A stretch of 64,000 nucleotides of DNA from Blastocatellia bacterium (GTDB lineage: Bacteria > Acidobacteriota > Blastocatellia > UBA7656). The stretch lies in the NCBI GenBank assembly GCA_963765495.1, contig CAVXWP010000001.1, forward strand, positions 928,001 to 992,000, written 5' to 3'. The position numbers and the translations under genes are program-made. The notes under the pieces are model-generated. The model was not told where the DNA came from and did not search any database. It was given only the letters and a program-made list of their open reading frames with translations. The first letter of the stretch is position 1. Every line of letters starts with the position of its first letter. Shown here piece by piece: positions 9,897 to 20,544 of the stretch.

Positions 9897-11606
9897 ATGA
9901 AATCATGGACGATAATATGTATGCTGGTGATGATGCTGGGGCTTGCGCCGCGCGGCTTCGGTGATCAGAAAGCTGGTAAACAAGAGAAGGCTAAAAAGGC
10001 TATGAGTAATTCGCTTGCGGCAAAGATCGCCCGGTTTGCGCCTACGGAGATAACCTCCGACACCTCGCAACTATCGAAAAACGACCGCAAGGCTTTGATG
10101 AAGATAATCGAAGCGGCCGATTATATGGACCATATTTATCTGCGGCAGGTCTGGAGCGGCAACGTTGAGTTGAGGCAGAAGCTAAAGGCGGATAAGACCC
10201 CCTCAGGCCACGAGCGATTGCATTACTTCAAGATAAACGTAGGTCCGTGGTCGCGGCTGGACAACAACGAGCCGTTTATCGAAGGCGTCCCAGCTGAAAA
10301 GCCCCCTCAGGCGGGGTTTTACCCTGATGACATGACCAAGGACGAGTACAACAACTGGGTAAAGGGATTGCCCGAATCCGAGCGGGAAAAAGCCACGGGA
10401 TTTTTCTACGTGATTCGCCGCGATGATAAGGGCAAACTCAAAGCCGTGCCTTACAGCCAGGAATACCGCGAGTTTCTCGAGCCTGCGGCCAAACTGCTGC
10501 GCGAGGCCGCAGAGCTTACCACAAATCAGACATTGAAAAACTTTCTCGTGAAGCGGGCCGACTCCTTTATGTCGGACGATTATTATGCGTCAGATGTCGC
10601 GTGGATGGAACTCGATTCTCCGATAGATGTGACCATAGGGCCGTACGAGACTTATGAGGATGAGCTGTTCAGTTACAAGGCAGCCTTCGAGGCTTATGTC
10701 ACCCTGCGCGACGAGGCCGAATCGGCGAAGCTGGCTAAATTCAGCGGCTATTTGCAGGAGCTTGAAAACAATCTGCCGATGGAAGCGAAGTATCGCAACC
10801 CGAAACTTGGGGCCGCCGCGCCCATTCGCGTTGTGGATGAGGTTTACTCATCGGGCGAAGGAAACAGCGGCGTGCAGACGGCTGCCTTCAATCTGCCTAA
10901 TGACGAGCGGGTTGTAAAAGAGAAAGGCTCCAAGCGCATAATGCTGAAGAACGTCCAGGAGGCGAAGTTTAACAAGACGCTTGTGCCTATCTCAAAGGTA
11001 GTGCTCGACCCGTCGCAGCAAGGCGATCTTTCTTTTGATTCGTTCTTTACTCACATACTCGCGCACGAATTGATGCACGGACTGGGGCCGCACAACATCA
11101 AGGTAGGCGCAAGCGAGACCACTGTGCGGATGCAGCTCAAAGAGCTTTACTCGGCCATCGAGGAAGCCAAAGCGGACATAACCGGGCTGTGGGCATTGCA
11201 ATATCTGATAGACAAGGGAGTGCTTGATAAGAAGATGGAGCAGTCGCTTTACACCACATATCTTGCGAGCGCTTTTCGATCCGTGAGGTTTGGCACCAGC
11301 GAAGCGCACGGCAAGGGTGTAGCTTTGCAGTTTAATTATCTGATGGACGAAGGGGCCATCAAATACGATGACGCGAAGGGAACCTTCAGCATCGTCTCTG
11401 CTCGCGTCAAGGACGCCGTTCGCAAACTGACTCACGACATACTCACGCTTCAAGCCGAAGGCTCTTACGATAAGGCAAAGACGATGCTTGACAAGTACGG
11501 CATCATTCGCCCCCAGATGCAGAAGGCGCTCGACAGTCTGAGCGGCGTGCCCGTAGACATTGAGCCGAAATTCCCTCTGGCGCAGCAGGCTTCAATCACA
11601 AAGTAG
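9897..11606 (+). CDS. Secreted zinc peptidase, family M49 (DPP III-like, HExxH type)
   Basis: IGPYETYEDEL, AFNLPND, LAHELMHGLG, EEAKAD; N-terminal signal peptide. Confidence 0.85.
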   Translation: MKSWTIICMLVMMLGLAPRGFGDQKAGKQEKAKKAMSNSLAAKIARFAPTEITSDTSQLSKNDRKALMKIIEAADYMDHIYLRQVWSGNVELRQKLKADKTPSGHERLHYFKINVGPWSRLDNNEPFIEGVPAEKPPQAGFYPDDMTKDEYNNWVKGLPESEREKATGFFYVIRRDDKGKLKAVPYSQEYREFLEPAAKLLREAAELTTNQTLKNFLVKRADSFMSDDYYASDVAWMELDSPIDVTIGPYETYEDELFSYKAAFEAYVTLRDEAESAKLAKFSGYLQELENNLPMEAKYRNPKLGAAAPIRVVDEVYSSGEGNSGVQTAAFNLPNDERVVKEKGSKRIMLKNVQEAKFNKTLVPISKVVLDPSQQGDLSFDSFFTHILAHELMHGLGPHNIKVGASETTVRMQLKELYSAIEEAKADITGLWALQYLIDKGVLDKKMEQSLYTTYLASAFRSVRFGTSEAHGKGVALQFNYLMDEGAIKYDDAKGTFSIVSARVKDAVRKLTHDILTLQAEGSYDKAKTMLDKYGIIRPQMQKALDSLSGVPVDIEPKFPLAQQASITK

Positions 11607-11610
11607 CCCG

Positions 11611-11721
11611 GTGATGAGTTCACGTGATGCGTAAAGAGTGATTTGTGATCGGTCTGGCTGCAAAGTGTCTAAAACTTGCTGCCTACCTGAAAGTCACGAA
11701 TCACGAATCACTCTTTACGCA
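11611..11721. repeat. Family A element, copy 2 (core on minus strand)
   Basis: Arms tgcgtaaagagtgatttgtgat / atcacgaatcactctttacgca; reverse-complemented core CAGGTAG-N7-GTTTTAGA-N5-TGCAGC. Confidence 0.8.
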
Positions 11722-11799
11722 CATTGCTTTCCCGTTCGAGTTGGTTTAGTCTTTACCCATCTCAGCCCCGTCAGCAGGCAAATCCCGGAAGGTACGATC

Positions 11800-11940
11800 A
11801 TGATTCTACAGGTAATTGTAATTGTGCTGGCTTGCATTGCTGCGTCGCTTCTGGCAATAACTATAGCCGGAGTCTCGCTTGCCGTTTTTGGACGACTGCT
11901 CAAACGAACCAGCGAGGAAAACGATAAACAGAGAACCTGA
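11800..11940 (+). CDS. Small (46 aa) single-pass membrane protein, hypothetical
   Basis: GGAAGG RBS, hydrophobic helix then charged tail; directly upstream of the DinB-family gene. Confidence 0.5.
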   Translation: MILQVIVIVLACIAASLLAITIAGVSLAVFGRLLKRTSEENDKQRT

Positions 11941-11968
11941 CCCTACAGGCCAGGGATGAGGGACGACG

Positions 11969-12481
11969 ATGCAACAGACGCCCGACATCAATCGAGTCGC
12001 ACTGGAAGCTCTGCGCAATCGCATCACAAAAATTCTTCCCGCGCAGATAAGACCCTGCATAGCGGAGTTGTCCGAAGAACAACTCTGGTGGAGGCCAAAC
12101 GAAAAGGCCAACTCCGTAGGCAATCTGGTACTGCATGTCTCGGGTTCGCTCAGACATTATCTGTCTCGCGGCATAGGCGGGATGGCCTATGACCGCAATC
12201 GCCCCGCCGAGTTTGCCGAACGCGGCCCTCTGCCAAAAGAGGAGTTGCTCTCCATTTTTGATGAGACGATAAGGCAGGCTGAGGCGACACTCGACTCTTT
12301 CGACACATCGCATTTTACCGAAGAGACCGAAGATCCTCGATACGTCAAAACCAATTTCGACCTGATTCTGAATATAGCAATCCACCTGTCAACGCACACA
12401 GGTCAGATAGTTTACGTGACGAAGATGCTCAAGGAAGGCGCGCTTGATGAGCTTTGGACGCGCTCTCACCGCTCGGCATAG
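11969..12481 (+). CDS. DinB/DUF1572-family protein
   Basis: WWRPNEKANSVGNLVLH, R.R..EF, H...H.GQI metal-binding pattern. Confidence 0.82.
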   Translation: MQQTPDINRVALEALRNRITKILPAQIRPCIAELSEEQLWWRPNEKANSVGNLVLHVSGSLRHYLSRGIGGMAYDRNRPAEFAERGPLPKEELLSIFDETIRQAEATLDSFDTSHFTEETEDPRYVKTNFDLILNIAIHLSTHTGQIVYVTKMLKEGALDELWTRSHRSA

Positions 12482-12616
12482 CATTATATTTGAACATTTC
12501 TGCATTATATAGTAAGCGTTTTGCGTCTATACAGCTTGAAGGAGATCACTGCATGTGTCCCCAGGTCATGCAGCAGCAAAGCTCCTGATACATACATCCG
12601 AGGAGGAAAGTCCCAA

Positions 12617-12982
12617 ATGAAACGATTAACCTTTTCAATATTCGTGTGTCTGCTGCTGGCCTGCGGAGCGGTAGCGGCGCAGGATAAAGAGAAAGCTCCA
12701 AAGAAACCCAAAGCCGAAAAAGCCGCACCTGTCGATTGCTCTACGGTTGACGATGCGATGATCACAAATAACGTAAAAGCGAAGCTCGCCAACACGCCCT
12801 CTCTTAAAGGGATGACCATCAACGCAGACACAAAAGCCGGGGTTGTAACGCTCACAGGGCAGGTAAAGACCGGGCGCAATAAAGGTCTTGCCACTTTACA
12901 GGCTAAACGAGTCGCCTGCGTGACAAAGGTGAATAATCAGCTTACGGTAGAACAGACAAAGGAAAAGACGGGCGGGCAATGA
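12617..12982 (+). CDS. BON-domain periplasmic protein
   Basis: GAGGAGG RBS; signal peptide; DDAMIT..VKAKL..GVVTLTG..V..V.NQL. Confidence 0.85.
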   Translation: MKRLTFSIFVCLLLACGAVAAQDKEKAPKKPKAEKAAPVDCSTVDDAMITNNVKAKLANTPSLKGMTINADTKAGVVTLTGQVKTGRNKGLATLQAKRVACVTKVNNQLTVEQTKEKTGGQ

Positions 12983-12998
12983 GGCAGGGCTAATCCGA

Positions 12999-13124
12999 AT
13001 CTGATGCGTGGGATGTGATACGTGATACGTGATGCATAATTGGCCCGGCTTGCAAATAGGCTTAAATCTGCGGCCTGCCTGAAAGTTACGGATCGCTCTT
13101 CACGGATCACGCATCAGATCACGC
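12999..13124. repeat. Family A element, copy 3 (core on minus strand), between convergent genes
   Basis: Arms atctgatgcgtg / cacgcatcagat plus GTGATAC repeats; reverse-complemented core CAGGCAG-N7-ATTTAAGC-N5-TGCAAG. Confidence 0.78.
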
Positions 13125-15015
13125 TCACTCAAGGAGTTTGCCTTTTTCGTCGGGCATTAAAATCTGTCGGTGGACCCAGAGCGGGGCCATGCCGTTTGAG
13201 AGCAGCCGGTCGTGGAACGAGGAGAGCGAAAACTCCTCTTTGCGGTAGCGTCTGTAATCTTCGCGCAGTTTCAGCAGGGCAAGCCGTCCGATAGCGCCCG
13301 CTATGGCCATTGGCTTTATTGCGCACCGCTCGGCTTCGGCGCGTGCTGCCGCATCGGATATGTATGCGTTCTGTTTGAGAAAGATGATTGCCTGATCGAG
13401 CGTCAGCCCTTCGACATGCTCTCGTACGCCGACGATGAGGCGGCTCAGACTTAGCAGCGTGTCGGCAAGCATCGCAAGTCTCATCTTCGGGTCATCGCTT
13501 GCGAAGCCCTCTTCGATCATCATCTGTTCGGCATATTCGGCCCAGCCCTCGACGAAACACGCGTTCCAAAATACATATGACTTGCGTACCAGAGAAGGGT
13601 TCTTCCCTAAGGTTGCAAGCTGCGTGAAACGGCCCGGGTATAGATCGCGAACAGGTGCCGTTCGAGACTGAGAATAATTCGTGCCGGGCAAGGCCGATTG
13701 CTTTGAGCCCGTCTCTCTCACCAGATAGCGCGCGGGCAGGGGCCGAGACTCAAAAGGGCCGGCCATCCACAGACTCGTGGCGGAGTCTGACACGGAATCA
13801 GGGGCCTCGGCTACGACCGGGTCGGGGATTGCGGGCAGGCTCACAACCTGCTTTTCATTGATGAAATTTTTTAGCGTATCAAGCTGCTTTTGTACTTCAT
13901 CAACAAGAGTGCCCGGTTTCAGATGCTCGGTTTCAAGCGTGGCCAGGACCGATTGGGCATCGCGTTTAGGGTCAATCAAAGCGGCGGTCTTGCGGAACGC
14001 TTCCTGTGTTTTGAGCAACTCGCGGGAAGCTATCCTGAGCAGCGCATCCGAAGGCACGTCTACGCCCGCTTCGTATTTGAGTTTTGCTTCAAGGCTTTCT
14101 CTGCCGATTGCAAAGCCTGATTTTGAATCGGGAGCGAGTTGCTCAAGATGCTTGATGTATTTCGCTATCGCGGTGGCCGCAAGAGAGGTTGACTTTTTGA
14201 ACTCGGCCTGGAGCTTTGCATCCTTGACGGTTGCGAAAGCCCTGGGCAATTCGGTTTGAACCAGTATCAAGGCGCTTTTAAAACTTTCGATGCCTTTCTT
14301 CAGAAAAGACCGGAGGAGGGGCCTGCACACCTGCGCGAGCGGCATCAATAAGGTGCGGAATCTGTTTCTGTTTGGCAATCACGTGACGGAGACGCGAATC
14401 GATCGGCGCGTACTCGAACATCTCTACGCGCAAAAGCCCGGCGATTATGGGGTAGCTGTAAATCGCCGGATCGCGGGTATAGCTTTTAACCTGTTCCAAC
14501 TCCACAAGCCGCGCCTTCATATTCGACGCGATGATCTGGTAATCGAAAAGCTCGGAAAAACTCAATTGAAGCGGGGGAATCTTTTCCAGCCGCGCTTGAA
14601 ACTTCCTGATGGCGGCTGCCTCATCGGCAAGCGCCGGGGCGCTGTAATCTTCGAGTCGGCTCTCCCAGGCGTGCATCCCGCTCATCGAGGCAAGCAGAGG
14701 GTGACGCGAATAGGTGTCTGCCAGATACTCATCTATGAATTTTGGGAAATCCGCGGCAGCCAACTCGCCCCTCTCCTGCGACTGCTGAAAGCAGTAGGCA
14801 GCAGGCAGTAAGCAGTAGGCAGCAAGCAGCAGGGAGAGGGCAAATGCAAAGGCGCGCAAGCCGAAAGTCTGAAGCCGGAGATTGCATATGAACAGGTGGT
14901 ACCCGCCTCCGGCACTACTGCCGCTTGCTGTCTTCTGTCTGTCGTTTATTTGATAACTGCCTACTGCATACTGCCTACTGCTTACTTTTTTTTGCCTGCT
15001 GCCTACTATTTTCAT
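13125..15015 (-). pseudogene. DUF885-family protein split by a 1-nt frameshift near 14304-14307
   Basis: ORF 14278..15123 has the N-terminal part (G.H.W..RLEDYS) and ORF 13125..14378 the C-terminal part (FVEGWAEYAEQMM, FHDRLL..G). Removing one T joins ...PPPVF-LKKGIESF. Confidence 0.75.
14791..15008. repeat. Family C element (GCAGTAG heptamer arms) inside the 5' end of the DUF885 gene
   Basis: gcagtaggcagcaggcagtaagcagtagg at 14791 and ataactgcctactgcatactgcctactgc near 14953. Confidence 0.75.
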
Positions 15016-15836
15016 CAGGTTTCCAATAATTCCTTGGCGCGATGAGTAGCCTTGACAACTGCTTTGATCAGGGTCACGCGCAGACCGCCTTCCTCCAGTT
15101 CGAGTATGCCGTCTATTGTGCATCCGGCCGGTGTTGTCACGGTGTCTTTGAGTTTAGCCGGATGCTCTTTCGTTTCCAGCACCATAGAACCTGCGCCGAC
15201 GACCGTTTGCGCGGCAAGCTCCGTAGCGACATCACGCGGAAGCCCGACCTTGACGCCCGCCTCGGCCAGCGCTTCGATTATGATGTAGATGTATGCAGGA
15301 CCGCTTGCCGACAGACCTGTTATCGCGTCCATGTGTTTTTCATCCGCGACCACCGTGCGGCCTACCGCATCGAAGATGAACTTGGCAAGCGCCAGGTGTT
15401 CATGCGAGGCGTTTGTCCCCGGCGAGATTCCCGTCATGCCTTTTTTTAGCTGACAGGGAGTATTTGGCATAGCCCGCACCACGGGAACCGGCAAGGGCAT
15501 GTATTTTTCTATAAAGGTTGTGCTGACGCTTGCGGCGACCGAGATCAATAGCTGCGACGGCCTGAGCAATCCGCTGATTTCCGACAGCACGTGAGGAACG
15601 GTCTGGGGCTTCAGACTCAGAATGATTATATCTGCCGATTCGGCGGCCATCGAATTTGAGAGCGTTCCCGTGACGCCGAACCGGTCTCGCAACTGATCGA
15701 GCCTCGCCTGATGGCCCGCCGTGACTATCACGTTACGCATCTCGATGACGCCCGCTTCGAGCAATCCGTTTATCAATGTCTCGCCCAGCTTACCTGCGCC
15801 AAGCACCGCGAGTTTTTTGTCCTTTAACATAGTCAT
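15015..15836 (-). CDS. proC: Pyrroline-5-carboxylate reductase
   Basis: GAGKLG, RAMPNTP, SASGPAY, VTTPAGCT; start placed at 15836 (GGAGAG RBS). Confidence 0.95.
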   Translation of the reverse strand: MTMLKDKKLAVLGAGKLGETLINGLLEAGVIEMRNVIVTAGHQARLDQLRDRFGVTGTLSNSMAAESADIIILSLKPQTVPHVLSEISGLLRPSQLLISVAASVSTTFIEKYMPLPVPVVRAMPNTPCQLKKGMTGISPGTNASHEHLALAKFIFDAVGRTVVADEKHMDAITGLSASGPAYIYIIIEALAEAGVKVGLPRDVATELAAQTVVGAGSMVLETKEHPAKLKDTVTTPAGCTIDGILELEEGGLRVTLIKAVVKATHRAKELLET

Positions 15837-15870
15837 CTCTCCAATTATGTCACAAGTCAGGCATCTTATC

Positions 15871-15957
15871 AGGGGCCGGGGGCCGGGGACCAGGGGCCGG
15901 GGATCAGTGGCCGGTGGTCGGTGGTCGGTGATCACTGGTCACTGGCCCCCGGCCCCC
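15871..15957. repeat. Family D element (GGGGCCG heptamer arms) between divergent proC and cysK
   Basis: aggggccgggggccggggaccaggggccgg ... ctggcccccggcccc, with internal GGTGGTC heptamers. Confidence 0.75.
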
Positions 15958-15999
15958 GCGCATGCTAGGCTAATGGTCGCCCGATGGAAGGAGCTATAG

Positions 16000-16950
16000 A
16001 TGTCGCGACGGCCGAAGATTTGTAACAACATACTCGAGACCATAGGCCATACGCCGCTTGTGCGGCTCAACCGCCTGCCGGGAGCCGAATCGGCCGAAGT
16101 GCTTGTGAAGATGGAATCGTTCAACCCCATGCGCAGCATCAAGGACCGCATCGCCTGTTCGATGATCGAAGCGGCCGAGCGCGAGGGGGAAATTACTCCG
16201 GGCAGGACCACGATCATCGAACCGACAAGCGGTAATACGGGGATCGGACTGGCTATGACCGCCGCCGCAAAGGGCTACCGCCTGGTGCTGACCATGCCCG
16301 ATTCGATGACCGTAGAGCGCACAAGGGTGTTGCGAGCGCTCGGGGCCGAGATCGTTCTCACCCCCGACGCCGAAGGGATGGAAGGGGCGATCAGAAAGGC
16401 CGAAGAACTCCTCGACAATTTGCCCGAAGGTTATATGCCTCAGCAGTTTCTGAACCCTTCCAACCCGGCCATCCACAGGTGCACGACGGCTCACGAGATC
16501 ATCGAAGACACCGATGCAAAGCTCGATGCGTTTGTTGCGGGGGTTGGGACGGGAGGAACTATCACGGGTGTGGGGGAAGTGCTAAAAGAGCGATTGAAGG
16601 ATGTCAGACTGATTGCAGTCGAGCCAAAAGATTCGGCAGTGCTGTCGGGTGGCCCGGCTGCCCCTCATCTGATTCAGGGAATAGGCGCGGGGTTCGTGCC
16701 GGGTGTGCTCAATACGGAGATCATAGACCGCATCATCCCGGTCGAATACGAAGACGCGAAGCGGATCGCTCGCCGACTCGCACGCGAAGAGGGCATTCTT
16801 TGCGGCATCTCTTCGGGCGCTATTTGCTGGGCGGCGCTGCTCGTAGGACGAGAAATGGGCATAGGCAAACGCGTGGTCGCGGTGCTGCCTGATCTTGGCG
16901 AGCGATACCTGTCTACGGATGTTTATGCCTTTGATGAAGAGGAGCTTTAG
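16000..16950 (+). CDS. cysK: Cysteine synthase A (O-acetylserine sulfhydrylase)
   Basis: [42 protein letters not shown]. Confidence 0.93.
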   Translation: MSRRPKICNNILETIGHTPLVRLNRLPGAESAEVLVKMESFNPMRSIKDRIACSMIEAAEREGEITPGRTTIIEPTSGNTGIGLAMTAAAKGYRLVLTMPDSMTVERTRVLRALGAEIVLTPDAEGMEGAIRKAEELLDNLPEGYMPQQFLNPSNPAIHRCTTAHEIIEDTDAKLDAFVAGVGTGGTITGVGEVLKERLKDVRLIAVEPKDSAVLSGGPAAPHLIQGIGAGFVPGVLNTEIIDRIIPVEYEDAKRIARRLAREEGILCGISSGAICWAALLVGREMGIGKRVVAVLPDLGERYLSTDVYAFDEEEL

Positions 16951-17038
16951 TGATGCGTGATGCGTGACCTCCGGGCAGGCCGCCTGTTAAAGACAACGTG
17001 CAAGCCTTGTAATTCACGCATCACGCATCACGTATCAC
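16950..17038. repeat. Family A element, copy 4
   Basis: gtgatgcgtgatgcgtga / tcacgcatcacgcatcac; core CGGGCAG-N7-GTTAAAGA-N5-TGCAAG. Confidence 0.85.
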
Positions 17039-17049
17039 TATTCATTCCA

Positions 17050-18576
17050 ATGCCGGAAACATCTGCTCGCGTCTGCGCCGTTATCATCGAAGAGACGACC
17101 GAGCGTGCTCGCCAGGCAATCGAGCGCGCAACGGGGCGGGCCGACCTCGTTGAGTTAAGGCTCGATTATCTGCGCGACTTCGATTTCACAGGCATTGATA
17201 ATCTTCGATTTCTGCTTGAAGGCAGACGACTTCCGGCGATAATAACCTGTCGAGCCGTAAGCGAAGGCGGACGTCAGGCTATAGGTGACGACCTGCGGCT
17301 GCGATTGCTGGTTGAGGGGGCGCGGCGCTGGGCCGATTATTGCGATGTTGAGGCCGAATATTACTCTCAGGCCGCAATACTTTCGCCCGATATTTCACGG
17401 TTGATAGTCTCTTATCACAACTTCGACAAAACGCCTTCGGATCTGGATCGCGTTTATGATCGAGTGTGCGGTCTTCCTGCGAGCATTCACAAGATAGTGA
17501 CTCGCGCCCTGAGCCCGTCGGATGCGCTTGCCGTCTTTGGTTTGCTTGATCGCGCTCGAAACGAGGGGCGCAATCTGATCGCTCTGGCGATGGGAGAGCA
17601 GGGCTTGATGACTCGCGTGCTTGGGCCGAGCCGGGGTTGCTACCTCACTTACTGCGCGCTTGCCGATGGGCGCGAAAGCGCGCCGGGTCAGATTACCTGT
17701 AAAGAATTGAGCGAGCTTTACCGCGTTCCCACCCTCTCAGATAAAACCTCGATCACGGGGATAATCGGTAGCCCTGTCGGGCATTCTGCATCGCCTGCCA
17801 TGCACAACGCCGCCTTTCGAGCCGAAGGGCTCGACTTTGTTTACCTGCCTTTTGAAGTGAGTGATGTGAGCGATTTTTTTGCTCGTTTCGTACGGCCCGC
17901 GACGCGCGAAATTGATTGGCGCTTACGCGGCCTGAGCGTAACCATCCCGCATAAACAGGCGGTCATGCCGCTGCTCGACAGTCTCGATGAAACGGCTCGC
18001 GGGGCAGGCGCGGTCAATACGGTAATCCTGGATGGCGAAAGGGTTTTGGGATACAACACGGATGTTCATGGGGCGATTGAGCCGCTTGAAAGAATCTGTG
18101 TCCTGACGGATGAAAGCTTTGCGGTAATAGGTGCGGGCGGTTCTGCGCGGGCGGTCGTGTACGGGCTTTGCGAGCGCGGCGCGCGCGTGAGGCTGTTTGC
18201 CCGCGACACGGAGCGGGCGCGACTTCTGGTCGAAAATTTCGGAGTGAGTTTACACCCCCTCGAATCGCTGGCCGCAAGTGATGCAAGCGTCCTTATCAAC
18301 ACCACTCCCGTGGGGATGCGCGGACACAGCGAAGGTGAGAGCGTCGTGCCACGTTCGGCGCTTGCCGGTCGAAAGATCGCCTATGATCTGGTTTACAATC
18401 CCCTTGAAACGCGATTCTTAAAAGAGGCGCGGGCCGAAGGCTGCCGGACCCTGAGCGGCATCGAAATGCTTATTGCTCAGGCTGCATTGCAATTCAGGTT
18501 ATGGACCGGGCGGCAAGCACCTCTCAGCCTTTTGCGAAAGGCTGCCTTTGACAGGCTCAAATTAGCGACTGGATGA
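17050..18576 (+). CDS. aroE: Bifunctional type I 3-dehydroquinate dehydratase / shikimate dehydrogenase (AroD-AroE fusion)
   Basis: VELRLD, SYHNF, APGQ (DHQase I); HSASPAMHN, SVTIPHK, NTD, GAGGSA, DLVYNP (SDH). Confidence 0.9.
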   Translation: MPETSARVCAVIIEETTERARQAIERATGRADLVELRLDYLRDFDFTGIDNLRFLLEGRRLPAIITCRAVSEGGRQAIGDDLRLRLLVEGARRWADYCDVEAEYYSQAAILSPDISRLIVSYHNFDKTPSDLDRVYDRVCGLPASIHKIVTRALSPSDALAVFGLLDRARNEGRNLIALAMGEQGLMTRVLGPSRGCYLTYCALADGRESAPGQITCKELSELYRVPTLSDKTSITGIIGSPVGHSASPAMHNAAFRAEGLDFVYLPFEVSDVSDFFARFVRPATREIDWRLRGLSVTIPHKQAVMPLLDSLDETARGAGAVNTVILDGERVLGYNTDVHGAIEPLERICVLTDESFAVIGAGGSARAVVYGLCERGARVRLFARDTERARLLVENFGVSLHPLESLAASDASVLINTTPVGMRGHSEGESVVPRSALAGRKIAYDLVYNPLETRFLKEARAEGCRTLSGIEMLIAQAALQFRLWTGRQAPLSLLRKAAFDRLKLATG

Positions 18577-18789
18577 AGTAATACAGCATTTTTTTGGCGC
18601 TCAATTTTCAGAAACTTCTTTGCGAACGCGGCCTCTTTTCGACGGAATACTTTGTGCGCCGGTTGATTCTCGGCTTTCATATTATTGCGCTTACGAGTGG
18701 AGCGTTATAGAATTGTCAACCTGAAAATATCGTCTTCTTGTCCGATCATCTGAAGACGCGACCCGCAACGTGCCCAGGAGGGAAACCTT

Positions 18790-20487
18790 ATGAAAGCACT
18801 TTTGCGCGCATTCTCGATGATAGTCCTGACCTGTCTTTTTCTGATTGGCGCGCTGAACTCTGTTTTTGCACAGGATTCAACAACCTCGACATGCTCTATA
18901 ACAGGGCGCGTCACCATTGACAAAGAAGCGGTGGCGGGTGTTGTCGTGGTTGCAAACGTCGAATTTTCCAGCAACTCGATCAGTATAGAGCGAAGGATCA
19001 ATGGTTCCTTATCCCGGAAGGCCACGACCGATGGAGAAGGCATCTATTGCATCACGGGGGTCAGGGCGGGCCAGTATAGAGTCTCGGCGGCTACGCCCAC
19101 CTTTGTATCCGCAAATGATGATGATCGTGGCAGAAGCGAAACGCTTGTGACTCTTGCGGAAGGCGAGACGGTCGAAGGAATTGATTTCTCGCTCAAACGC
19201 GGCGGCGTCATCACGGGTCACGTAACGGATTCCGATGGACAACCGGCCGTTTCTGAACCCGTTTTTTTGAAACTGGCCGATAAATCAGGAACCTTTCAAA
19301 AATATTATCCTGGATTACATACGTCCCTTACTGATGATCTCGGCATATACCGCATTTACGGATTGCCTCCCGGCCTCTATCTGGTAAGCGTAGGAGGCGA
19401 AAGTGCCACGCCATATTCTTCGCCTTTCCTGAAGGCATCCAATAGAACGAGAACCTTCTATCCGGGCGTAACCGATGAAGCGAAAGCCAAATCCGTCGAG
19501 GTCTCGTCGGGCGATGAAGCGACCGACATAGATATAAAGATAGGCGCACCGAGCAAGACCTATACACTGAGCGGGCGCGTCATAGACGCAGATACCGGGA
19601 AGCCGGTACCCAATACCAGCGTAATGTACATGGGTACGGAAAGAGAGAATCGGTTTGGGCCGAGCAGGGATGTGACGATTACCGATGCAAAAGGAGAGTT
19701 TCTATTCAGCAACCTTCTGCCAAAGACGTATATGATTTCTCGCGCTTCGAGTACTGATCAAGAAAGCGATCTTTACGGTGAGAGAGTGGAAGTTGAAATA
19801 AAGAACGAAGATATAACCGGCATAGAGATCAAGTTACATCACGGCGCGAGCATGAGCGGCACTGTAGTGATCGAAAATCTGGAAGATCAGAGTATCGCCG
19901 ACAGGTTGAAGGAGACGTATTTGCTGGCGGTTGTCAATGCCCGCGACAGACGATCCGCTTCGACAGGCAAGGCGGACATAGCGCCCGACGGCACCTTTTT
20001 GATCAAGGGATTGAGTCCAGGCCTGGCGAACCTCAGATTGTTAAATAGATACGGTTCAGATGAATTAAAGCTCATGCGGATCGAGCGTGAGGGCATCGAG
20101 GTGCGCGGAGGGATTGAGATAAAGGGGACGGAAGATGTTTCCGGCGTTCGAGTCATCCTCGGCTACGGCAGAGGCATCATTCAGGGGCAGATCGTTATTG
20201 AAGGCGCGCAAATGCCCGCAGATGCCGGAATGACGGTATTACTTAATCGTCCGGGCGCGCCGCCCCTGCCTGACAACTGGTGTAGAGTTGATGCAAACGG
20301 GCGGTTCATCGCCGAGGGGTTACCGCCGGGCGCTTACGAAGTGGAGGTAAGGGTATATGCGGGACCGTCGGGTGTGAATCCGTTTAAGGGCCTGCCCCCG
20401 GTCAAGCAGATCGTCACCGTTACCAACGAGGAACCTACACAGGTAAGGATCGTTCTCGATGCAAGCGCTAAAGAGACAGACAAGTAA
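18790..20487 (+). CDS. Secreted carboxypeptidase-regulatory-like (repeated beta-sandwich) protein
   Basis: Signal peptide; repeated I.GRV, TD..G.YRIYGL.PG.Y and TFYPG motifs. Confidence 0.75.
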   Translation: MKALLRAFSMIVLTCLFLIGALNSVFAQDSTTSTCSITGRVTIDKEAVAGVVVVANVEFSSNSISIERRINGSLSRKATTDGEGIYCITGVRAGQYRVSAATPTFVSANDDDRGRSETLVTLAEGETVEGIDFSLKRGGVITGHVTDSDGQPAVSEPVFLKLADKSGTFQKYYPGLHTSLTDDLGIYRIYGLPPGLYLVSVGGESATPYSSPFLKASNRTRTFYPGVTDEAKAKSVEVSSGDEATDIDIKIGAPSKTYTLSGRVIDADTGKPVPNTSVMYMGTERENRFGPSRDVTITDAKGEFLFSNLLPKTYMISRASSTDQESDLYGERVEVEIKNEDITGIEIKLHHGASMSGTVVIENLEDQSIADRLKETYLLAVVNARDRRSASTGKADIAPDGTFLIKGLSPGLANLRLLNRYGSDELKLMRIEREGIEVRGGIEIKGTEDVSGVRVILGYGRGIIQGQIVIEGAQMPADAGMTVLLNRPGAPPLPDNWCRVDANGRFIAEGLPPGAYEVEVRVYAGPSGVNPFKGLPPVKQIVTVTNEEPTQVRIVLDASAKETDK

Positions 20488-20544
20488 TTTCCTGTGCGAG
20501 AGCTATCGGGCAAATCGGCTTGAATAAAGAGTCTTGAATAAGGA

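Noticed and set aside
16957-17049. N-terminal extension of AroD-AroE (similarly proC 15837-15935, 23874-23912 and 37048-37191)
   Set aside because: The extensions are read-through of repeat elements; downstream starts fit domain boundaries and, in most cases, RBS positions better.
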